From assembly GCA_002245135.1 (NCBI GenBank), contig NGBS01000890.1, forward strand, positions 110,324-130,323: a stretch of 20,000 nucleotides of DNA, given 5' to 3'. The notes beneath the pieces are model-generated. The model had not been told where the DNA came from. It made no database searches and saw nothing but the letters and a program-made list of their open reading frames with translations. The DNA comes from Proteromonas lacertae. Its lineage: Eukaryota. A program made the translations under genes and the position numbers. Numbering within the stretch: position 1 is the first letter of the stretch; each line of letters begins with the position of its first letter. Shown here piece after piece: positions 1 to 10,437 of this stretch.

Positions 1-74
1 TTTCAAAGAAAATTAATTATAATCATTTCACATTTAAATATATAAATATAAATTATTAATTATATGGATATTAA

Positions 75-452
75 TTATATTGTCTGTGATTCTGAGTAAC
101 ATTCCATAAATTGTTTTTCTCTATTTTCATCTATCTCACCAGGTTCAAGCTATAGTTAGTTAAAAATATTTCTTATACTGGTTCAGCTGAGTATATCTTC
201 TCATAACATTCTCTTGAAACACAATCATGAATACAGTTCATATTGTAATCCTTTTTGATGTGACTGCATTTAACTTCTTCACATTCGCGATTTTTCAACA
301 TATAAGCTCGATTTATCTAAGCAAATAAATAAAAGATATAAATTTTCTTATTATACCGCCATTTTGGATTTCTTTACTTTCGGTGCAGCAGATACAAATA
401 TTATAAAGGATAAAAATAAACAAATAAACAGCACAGAAGAAGAAATTCTCAT
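75..452 (-). CDS. Small secreted cysteine-rich protein, DUF4787-like (~102 aa, 3 exons); absent from the ORF track
   Basis: Exons 452-357, 316-179, 149-75; GT-AG introns of 40 and 29 nt. Translation MRISSSVLFICLFLSFIIFVSAAPKVKKSKMA|INRAYMLKNRECEEVKCSHIKKDYNMNCIHDCVSRECYEKIYSAEP|LEPGEIDENREKQFMECYSESQTI*. Signal-peptide-like N-terminus; the NCxxxCxSxxCYxxIYxxxPLExGEID pattern is recalled as typical of DUF4787. Confidence 0.8.
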
Positions 453-552
453 TCTTATTAAAACCAAAAATATATTCGTTTTATAGATTCAAAATGGTTT
501 ATGAAAATAAGTGGTTAAATTTTTCAATTAAATCTTTTTAATTTTTCAGAAG
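453..552. promoter_or_regulatory. Probable compact bidirectional promoter
   Basis: Only 100 nt separate the divergent start codons at 452 (-) and 553 (+). Inferred from geometry only. Confidence 0.4.
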
Positions 553-3537
553 ATGAGTAAAGAGAATTCAATAGATTTTAAAAAGTTGGGAGAGAAGCTA
601 AGTGACATTAGTAAAACATTTTTTGATCCAAATTACTCCAGGTATATCAGAATCTGATCTTTTTTCTATAATAGTCTTCGTTATGTGGTGAAGGTTTTAC
701 GAGAAGATGCAGAAGGAGAAAATAGTATATTTCAAATTGTAACATATATTAGAAGATGATTCTTTACACAATACACTCAAGAAGAATCTTGCAGAAGTTG
801 AAGAATGTGTAGGTGAAATAGTCAATTCCTACTATCAACCATTTAATGAAAATGTGAGAAGTTTCTCCAAAATATCAACGGATTACACAGAATCAAAGAA
901 AACAATATTGTCACTACGTGAAAAAGTAGGAGAATGTAAGAAGATATTGGAAGAAAGAAGGCAAAATTTAAAACAATTAACATTTGATAGAGTATTTATC
1001 TAATTGTTGTTAATCTTGTGAAATAGGCAAAATATAATGCATTAGGAAGAATATTAAGCAAATTAGAGCTAATATCCACATCTGAAAAAGAATTACAATC
1101 TCGTCTAGATAATAAGAGATATTATGGAGCAGTAAAGTTCTATAATGAAGTGAAGAATGAATTATACAGTGTTTTATTAGGAGATATTAGTGCAATTGAT
1201 GAACTGAAAATCTCATGGCCTCATAAGCGAGAATCTATAGAAGCTAAGTTAATTGAAGAATTATCTTCCTATATATTCTTAAGAGAAGGTAATTTAGAAA
1301 GCTTACCTGATATACTATCCGTTACATCAATTGGTATCTTAGTGGAGAGTATCAGTGAGTCGTATGAGAAGAAATGTATAGAAAGTCTGAATCCACAATC
1401 TATTGATATGGTATTGTTTTTAATAGAAGCAATACATGAATTAGGAGGTACTACTAATTTTCTAAATCATCTACAGACAATATTTCATAATGAATTACAC
1501 ACAATTGTTATCAATGAATTATCAACGAAGAAATACGATAATGAGAAATATCCTGATGTGTATGTATCAAAATTGTTGCCAAGTGGCCAAGATGAGGGAT
1601 TATCAAAATCAGACTTCATTTTAACCAAAATATTCAGTTTATTTGAGAAGATATTAAGGAATGTAAAGTTTTTATTAGAAGTTCTCAGTTATTTAAACAA
1701 TGGTGAAGAAGAAAATAGTTTTACAATTGATATGGCTTGGCTTGAGATACAAAAAGAAATAGAAGTGTTTTTAAACCCATTATTAAAGTATGTATCTGCT
1801 GATGAATATAGCACAACTCAAATTAACAAGAAAATATCAGAATTAAATACAATATCCTTCTCATTTGTCAAAACTGGCGAATTTATGAATATGCAAGCTA
1901 AAGATGATACTGAAAACTATAACACAGCTTCAGAATTCGAAACACTCTATAATCAATTCGGTATAAGTCATCCCTTTAACTTATTATCCTATTACACCAC
2001 AATTACTCAATTATGTCACAATCTTATACTTATCATCAGTCCAACAGTCAATAATGATTATGACCAATTTCTCTCCTACGCTCTATGTTCTAATGATATC
2101 AATACTTATTATTTAATTCATTTTGTTAAGGATTTTATTGAACATACGATTGTAGATAGAGCAAAGAAAGATGTGAAATCAAAGTTAGATAACATACTCT
2201 CCAATCCAAAATCCTTTATGATTCCACATAAAGAGATTGGTGGAAATGTTCCTGCAATGGATGGATCTCAACAAGTGATTGATATTATGGAGAAAATATT
2301 ATTTGATGCTTTACATTTAAATACATTATCACATTTATATATCCCAGGTATAATAATATATTATAATATATATTATATATAATATGTATAGTTATTGATA
2401 TTCTATTAAAGACCTACCTTGATAAATGTAATATGAAAGTTACTAGTTATCTCAAAGACAGTCATATCTACAAACGTTATAATTCAATGGCTAGTAAATA
2501 CACTTATTTCTATAAGAGTGATCCATTATATGAATTAATGATGGGTGATTGTAAAGCAGGTATTCATCACAAAGAAATGTCCATATCCTATAATCTAAGA
2601 AGAACCAGTACAAGTGTAAGTGTATTAGCTGAAAGAAGTAATAAAGAAATAGATTTAGATAGTGATTATTATCAATTCAAACCAAATCCAAAGATTGATA
2701 AAGATAGTCTATTATCAACACGTGTGATTGAAATATTGTGTAGTTTCTGTGAGTCATTGTTGTGGATATCATTGAGATTAACGAATGATTGTCAATCGAA
2801 AACATCGAATGAAGCTACAACCAATAATACATCGAGATATGGAAGAAGAAGAGGAAGTGAATTGACTGAACAAACCCAAGTATATTTATATTATTATTAT
2901 TATTATTATATAATAGTCTATCTCACAAGTAATTCAATGTATTCGTAGTTATAGTGAAAGTTACAAAGCCAATGCAGAAAGAGATATTTACTATTTACGT
3001 CTAGAAATCAAAGCACATGTTATGTTTTATTTATCTAAAATGAATGAAACTGATTATGGAAGTAATGATATAGTGATGGGAGGATTGCCTGATAAATATA
3101 TAATTGATTTACATAAAGATATTTTACAATTTGATGATATTTTACATCAACAATTAACAGATGTTAAGAAGCAGTTTGTATTGGATGGAGTGATAAAAAT
3201 GATTCCAATTATGATGATCAGAGCATTTATCAGTATACATCCTAAGAAAATAGTTCCAAACGGTGTGGATAGGTTAATTAGAGATTTATTAGCTATTCAA
3301 CAGACTATTTCTAGTATCAGTGACTTGAATGATGGAAAAGAAGAGATTGAATTATTGAGACAATATTTCCATTTGTTGCAGTTGAGTCAAACAGAATTGT
3401 TACAATTCATGAGAACACATAAAACTGTCTATAAGAGAGATGAATATGATACAATTTGGAATTTAGAGACAAATATACGTCCTAAGAGTTTGAGAAGGGA
3501 TAATGACTATCAGAAGATATTTCCTCCTAAGAAATGA
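553..3537 (+). CDS. SEC8: Exocyst complex component Sec8/EXOC4 (~935 aa, 6 exons)
   Basis: Exons 553-641, 675-724, 753-991, 1027-2347, 2392-2879, 2917-3537 join in frame via GT-AG introns of 33, 28, 35, 44 and 37 nt, merging three track ORFs. N-terminal IVNSYYQPFNENVRSFSKI...LREKVGECKKILEERRQNLKQL resembles the Sec8 N-domain. YLRLEIKAHVMFYL and NGVDRLIRDLLAIQQTI...RQYFHLL resemble the EXOC4 C-terminal region. Confidence 0.85.
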
Positions 3538-3870
3538 ATAGCTCAAAAGAAGATGAAAGTGAATAAAAAAAAGATTGTTGTTAATAAAGCTAAGACAACT
3601 TTAAAACGAATAATAAAAAATAAAAAATAAAAAATAAATGTTAACTGTTCTATGTATAATAGTTGTTGTGTAAGATGGGTTGTTATAACTTTAGTAACTA
3701 AAATAAGGTTGATTAATTTTAACATGTTATATTTTCTGCATTAGGATAAGAAACTATGCAAGAATTTAGCATTTTTATTTTTCAAAACTGGCTATAAATG
3801 ACATAATTGTAATGAGAAATATAGAGCCGTTTCAAATTGCATCTTTCAGTTGTGAAGTTTTTATCAAAAT

Positions 3871-6296
3871 ATGAGTGTAATTAAGAATCCTTTCACTGAA
3901 AAAGGGTATTGATGTGCATTTTTATTATTTATAGAATTGTTGCATGTATAGTTGAGAAAGGTTTAAGCGATGTAGTCGTTCAAATAGGACAAGAACAGTT
4001 TCCTAGTGTTAAAGTGGTTCTTTGCTTGAATGATAAAATCAGAAGAGAGATGGAAAGTCCTGATTTCGACTCAATATTCGTTTTGCCAGCTCATTTAACT
4101 CTCTGTGGTTTTCAAGCATTAGAAAACTATTTGGGAGGATGTGACGTCAATGTATCAAGAGGCAGTTGTGTTGATATCTTGAATATAAGTGTTGAGTATG
4201 AACAAGTTGATTTAATGAACGAAGTTATAAAGTTTATAGCTGAAAATATCGATGAAAACATGATGATGAAACTATTCAATATATTACCAACACTTCCAAA
4301 CATCGGTGACGTTGCAGATTTAAAAAGTGCAACTGACAAGTTCATTCAAGAGAATAGTAGTAGATTCCTTAAGCTTGATGTATTAAAAAGTCTATCAATC
4401 AAAGCAGTGGAATGTCTATTGAAAGTACCATATTTGATTTTACCAAATGAGACATATCTGTTAGATTTGTTGTTAGAATATTATCATAGATATAGAGATC
4501 TTCATAGTATATATGTATATATTATATTTCAATAGTTGATGATGATCAACGAGAAGTAGATGCTCAATTTTTACCTCTTCTCTCCTATGTTCATTTAGAG
4601 AATGTAGCAATTAATTTATATACAATAGACGATCAAAGATTATTGAGAAAATACCAAATGTTACAGAAAGTAACAGCTACAACAACTTTACTTCCATTAA
4701 CAGGTGAATCTGAAAAACCATCCAATAAGAATGAAGAAGACAATGAAGAAGATATTAACCTCTACAACAGTGAAGATGATTTCAATAATATCCTCAATTT
4801 ATCAATGACAATCACTCAAAACATGAACAAATCCGTTAAAAAGACAATTGTGAAAGACAATTTAACATCATCAGTAATTATAACTCCAGAAGGTGAGAAG
4901 AATGAACATAAATATATATTACCTGATGATATAGATGAAACTATTAGAAGAATTATATTGAACTTTTACTTTACTAAAGAAACAAGTGTTCATCTAACAA
5001 GTATATATACTATATATATAATCTATTTTTTATTTTTTATTTATCTTTATAGAGGATGATTCCTTATTATTCAGAGCAATCGCCACTCCCCAAATCATTG
5101 AGAACTTATTAGCTCAACCTGACATGAAAGTAGTTTTAGTAACATTAATGATTTTAATGTCAATCAAATCGAACTATGTAATTGGTAAAAAAACAAAAGC
5201 ATTAATCATTTCACATATGATATTTGAATATCAATCTCATGAAGATACTCGTGATCAAGTAGCTACTTGTTGTGCTTATATTTATGATGATATTGCTGAT
5301 TTAATACAGATTCATAATGTAGCTAAAGAATTAGTTTATGATATGTGTAATCACTTGGATGTGATTGAACTACAAACAGATCAAGATGAGTTATTGAAAT
5401 TTGTTGAAAAACATTTTGATGAGAATTTCGTGAATATTATTAAAGATGAAGCTACAATCACCCAATTGAAATGTATTCCAATTACTTATTTCAAATATCC
5501 TCAAACTCATTATGTTTTTATTAATCAATCATTCTCTATAGTTCCATCTAATGATGGTAGTGATGTATCTTATGAATCATCTTATGATACATTACCTTCA
5601 GGAGTTGTATTTGATACAAAGACAGGTATTATCAGTGGTAAATGTTATAAAGATGATTCTATTAGATTATTTGTAACTTGTAGAAATTGTAAAAGTGTTA
5701 AAAGAACAACATTATTTATTCGATTTACTACTGCACAATTCGATGGTAAATTATGTAACAATGACTTGAGAGTGACAAATATTGGTAGAAAACTAACAAG
5801 AGATCGTTTCACAGAAAGTGCTTGTGCTCCTTGTTATTTGAACTTCACAATGAATGAAGGTAGAGTTTATCATATTACCTATAAATGTCATCATACAAGT
5901 GGACCATACAATGGAGTTATGTTTGGAGCAATTGATGCTTTACCTGAAGAAAGTAGTTATGATTTATCACCTGATGTTTATAAATCAGCAGATGCTCATT
6001 CCCTTCATATTTATACTGAACATTCTTCATTACAATATTGTCATTGCACGCAAATATTACATGAAGAAATTATCTGTCATGATGATGGAACTGTTTATGA
6101 ATTAATATATGATTTGAAAGAGCATAATTTGTCAATTAAAATTGGTGAAGACACGAAAGAAGATAAAGCACCAGTTTTCTTATTATGTGAAGATTTGAAT
6201 GGACCTTTAAAACCATTTGTTGAGTTGTTTAGTACAGTTGAAGATCCTTCCATTAATTCAGTAGAACTCTTACAAGTGTATGAAGAGAATATTTAG
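3871..6296 (+). CDS. BTB/POZ-BACK protein with putative Ig (He_PIG-like) domain and C-terminal SPRY/B30.2-like domain, paralog 1 (~771 aa)
   Basis: Exons 3871-3905, 3935-4506, 4536-5000, 5053-6296 (introns 29, 29, 52 nt), in frame. BTB-like SDVVVQIGQEQFPSVKVVL...GFQALENYL...VDILNISVEYEQVDLMNEVIKFI; BACK-like FLKLDVLKSLSIKAVECLL...NETYLLDLLLEY; Ig-like TLPSGVVFDTKTGIISGK; SPRY-like VMFGAI...DGTVYELIYDLKEHNLSI...GPLKPFVEL. Confidence 0.75.
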
Positions 6297-6732
6297 TCAG
6301 TTTAATAAAAACCTTTTTAGCCAGCTTTAATAATTAATAGCTTGCTTATAATAATTACATCATTATTACTCTGTTTTTTTTTAATATATATGAATAGAAT
6401 AATTTATAGCTATGAATAAGTCAATTATTTTACCAATGTCTTAATATTCTTTTAACTCATCTTTAATTAAAATTATACATTTTTAAATATTGAGTCGTTT
6501 CGCGAGGCTTAATTAAAAAGAAATGCCAATTTAAGTTAATTCTTATTACTTTGTTATTTTTGTTATTGATAATGTGATACGAGGAGTATTTTATAGTGAC
6601 TAATTACACCTTAATTAACAACTACATACACCTTAATTTTCATATCGAAATTTGTCTGACTATAATTAATTTCTGAATTGTGTGTAGTATTTAGACATCA
6701 TCAATGTTAATCATTAGAAATAATTAGATGTA

Positions 6733-7165
6733 ATGAGCCAATATGAGCCTAAATATAACTTTAACATGGATGAAACATCACTATTTTACCAACAACTCCC
6801 TCAAAAATGTGTTGTAAAAAATGTAGAAATATCAGAATTTCGAGTTTTTAAGATGTTTAAACAACGAATATCTATAGCAGTCACAGTTAACATGGATAAC
6901 GCTGTATATGTTCCATTATTATTTATAGGAAAATCCAAAAAACCAATTTGTTTCAGCGATGTTCCTAATTTTATACCAATCAACATCAGGCTTGGATTAA
7001 TTCGACTATTTTCATTTGTTGGAATTTATGAAATATTTATGCCAGCAGTAACGTCAACATTAGGAGATAGTAAGATATTATTAATAATGGATAATGATAT
7101 ATTTACCTCCAAATTAAACTGCTGTATTACAACCTCTAGATCAAAGTATCATTAGTGCTTTGGAG
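6733..7165 (+). mobile_element. Degraded pogo/Tigger (CENP-B-like, DDE_1 family) transposase remnant
   Basis: Family motifs appear in order but across frames: NFNMDETSLFYQQLPQK, KQRISIAVTVN...PLLFIGKSKKPICF; YTNQHQAWINSTIFICW (shifted frame, from 6972); KILLIMDN; YLPPN*TAVLQPLDQSIISAL (shifted frame, from 7100, internal TAA). No HTH domain or clear TIRs seen. Confidence 0.85.
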
Positions 7166-7893
7166 GGATAGTACAATACATCAATCCTTATTGAATGCAT
7201 GAAAACTATTGACATTTTTTAATAATTAGAAGAATAAATGCAAAACATGGAATGGCGGTGTTGTATGTTGTTAATCATCTCATCATACAATTACTTTTAA
7301 AACAAACTAATATCATTTTTATCTTAGTTATAAAGAGTTATTTACAAATATATAGTTTGTCATATGACACACATCTACGATATACTTATTTATAAACTTC
7401 AGTCACTACTACAGTCTAAAATACATTTTCTGATATGAATAAAGTAGAATAACTTTTGCATTCGCTTATTTAAATAAGAAATAAAAAACAGGCTTGAGTG
7501 AGGCTTGAACTTCTTTTTTAGATTTAGCTATGATTATAAGCTAATTCATTCATTTAAAGATGCTTTAATTAAGTCATTAAGGTATGTTTATTTGTTATAC
7601 GATAAATTTAACATATTTTGCATCTTCATAACTAATAGCTAAATTTAGACATTTTTCACTATTAGTTACGTATGCTTTGTGAATAGTTGAATTTTAAATA
7701 ACACATTCATCAACTCTTACAATAATCTCAGATACTTCATTTCCCCTATATACTAATTTACAATAGATTTTTAATCAACGTCATTATTATATATATCTTC
7801 ACCTCTTGGTTAGAAGTAACAAGTTTCTTAAGAATTCTTCATCATATACTCTGTTTTATACAAAATTTCAATAGAATGGTTATATCCATTTAT

Positions 7894-8068
7894 TTAATCT
7901 GTCTGATAATTCTTTTTGCCATTCCAGAAAATTCTCATACATTTACCACCTCCACCAGCTGAAGTTTATTTAAATTCGGATTTACAATATCATTATATTT
8001 ATTATAGCATATGCAATATACATAGTTCTACTCTAAAATAGTATTATTATCACTATTACACCATCTTG
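7894..8068 (-). pseudogene. Biotin carboxylase (propionyl-/methylcrotonyl-CoA carboxylase alpha-like) gene fragment
   Basis: Minus strand 7965-7921 reads TSAGGGGKCMRIFWN, matching the ATP-grasp signature IKASAGGGGKGMRIAW. It is bounded by in-frame stops. A possible upstream remnant QDGVI lies at 8068-8054. Confidence 0.6.
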
Positions 8069-8147
8069 AATTGAAATAAATCACCTTTTAATTATTGGGT
8101 TATTCAAAATTTTGGTAAAAATTGAATTTTGCTATATTTTGATTGAG

Positions 8148-10266
8148 ATGAAAACAAAAGCGAATAATGAAATTCGAGAAAGAGGGTATTTTAGTATGTT
8201 ATGTTATGAATAGATTATGTCGAGTTTTGGCAGAGAATGGATTTGGTGATATAGAAGTGAAGATAGGAGATAGTCGAATAATGTCAATCAAATCAATTTT
8301 AGTGAATGGAAATGAAATTCTGAAGAAACTAATAGAAGATCCAAAATTTGTAGGTGTGTTAGAATTATTTGAAGAATGTGATGAAATTGGTTTTTATGAG
8401 ATGGAGAAGTACTACAGCGGGTGTAAGTTGATTGTAAATGAAGTTAATGCATGTGAATTGTTGATGTTTAGTTTATGTTACAAAGAAGAAGAGATTGTGA
8501 ATGATTGTATTGATTATATCCAGGACAATATGGATGATGATGATATATTATTTAAAGTAATTCATGTATGTAATGTGTTTCCTGGATGTTTGAAAGAGAT
8601 CGAAAAATTGAAGATGATGGAATTTGAGAAACGAAGAAATAAATATTTATATAATGGTATATATAATATATCTATGATAAAGCTAAATAGATGAATTTTT
8701 TATGAAGTTAGAAGCGAATAATTTGAATTATTTATTATCATTTAATAATATAATAATTCGAAGTCAGACATGGTTATTAAATCGATTATTAGAATGGTAT
8801 AAAAACAAAAAGAATAACAATAACAATAATGAAGATTTAAAAAGTGATGTTAAATGTTTGATAGAAGAACATATTGATGGAGAAAAGATAAATGACGATG
8901 AAACAACAGATGTTAATAAAGAAGTGTTGAAAGAAATGACTATAACATTAAAGAAAAAGAAAAGTAACAATTACATTGATTTATATAAGATTAAAGATGA
9001 AAGAATTAAGAATATAATAATCAATAAATATTATGATAATCTAACAGATTTCACCATAGAAGAGGAAGAAATATTACATAATATGAAAGAAAAAGCTTTA
9101 AATATTCAATTTTCTGAAATAGATGATATAATAATAATCGAAATAGTATTAATGATAATAAAATATAAAAAGCAAAAGATAGAGAGTATGAATACTTGTA
9201 ATAATCTTAAATAGAATATATATCCAATGTTGAAAAGAGAAATATTATAAGCAAATTATGTATAGAATATAATGAAAATCAAAGAAATCGAACAATAAAA
9301 TGTTTATGCTTATTTGTTAATGATAAAAAGATTATCTCAATAATGGAAGATCATTGTGGAAAAGAAATTATTTTCCACATGTTAAATGAAAAATTTTATT
9401 TATCTTCCAAATCCAAAAAATTATTAATCGAATATCTTACAGATAATAATATGAATTTAATAGAAGAAGAAGAAATGAATTATATAATACTAAACAAAAA
9501 AATATATAATAATTTAAAAACAAAAGAAATCACCTCATTTTCATATCCTAAATCAAAATATTCACTTATGAATGAAGAGATTTCAATAAAGCCATATTGT
9601 GATGGAGATAAATGTGAGTTTACAATAAATCCTTCATTGCCAGAAGGTTTAATAATAGATAAAGAAAGTGGAATAATTCATGGAAAAGTAAATGATAAAA
9701 AATCTATTCAAAAATATGAAATAACCTGTAAGAATATTCGAGGTGAAAAGAAATTTGAAATAGCATTAGAATTTAATGAAATAATGTTTTTAAAAATAGA
9801 ACAAAATTTAGCTATATCAATATCAAATGAAGGGAAGTTAATGACATGTAATACACAAAATGATTTTAGATATTGTTATTTAAATATAATGATAATGAAT
9901 GGAATTTATCATATTAAATACCAATATCATCAAAATGGAAATAAAAAAGGTTATATAATTTTAGGCATATCAACTTACTATAGAACAAAATGCGAATATG
10001 AAGCAGATAATAATTATGGAAGTTATCCTCTTCCTGCAAGATGTAAATTTGGAAGAGTTGTTACTGAAAATCCACATTTCAATCATGCAGATGGTTCAAT
10101 ATATGAGATGATTCTTGATATGAATAAAGGGGAATGGTGGATGAGTCATAATAACACTTCCCCTGTTTTACTTGTTGAAGATTTATCATGTCCACTATAT
10201 ACTTATGCTGGATTACTGTATGAAAATACTTCATTAGAATTATTATCAGTTTACCGACAAGATTAA
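8148..10266 (+). CDS. BTB/POZ-BACK protein with putative Ig domain and SPRY-like domain, paralog 2 (~675 aa)
   Basis: Exons 8148-8185, 8214-8656, 8691-9185, 9215-10266 (introns 28, 34, 29 nt), in frame. Same domain order as 3871-6296: GFGDIEVKIGDSRIMSIKSIL; SLPEGLIIDKESGIIHGK; DGSIYEMILDMNKGEWW...CPLYTYAGL. The first intron is at the same phase-2 position as in paralog 1. Confidence 0.75.
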
Positions 10267-10437
10267 AAATATTATATCTTAATTCTTTTGTCTATTAACA
10301 TGAAAAAATCTGTTAAGAGTAGTTATTATTATTTGTTGTTTGATGAATAAAATAAAAAAAATAGTTTGAATTACTATTTTCAAGGCTTGTTTCATGAAAA
10401 ATATATTATTTGAAATAGAAGGTTAATAATATTTATA

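Noticed and set aside
7483..7545. Possible tRNA on the minus strand (CTTATAA loop in a TTAGCT/AGCTAA hairpin, GTTCAAGCCTCAC T-loop-like motif, T-run)
   Set aside because: The T-stem 5' side (AAGAA) cannot pair with CTCAC, and no D-arm or acceptor 5' strand is present. At best a tRNA-Ile(TAT) relic; needs tRNAscan-SE.
6592..7590. Candidate transposon TIRs (TACACCTTAATT twice at about 6605 and 6627; ATTAAGGTATG near 7577)
   Set aside because: The inverted match is short and imperfect in AT-rich DNA, and no convincing TA-flanked ends are present.
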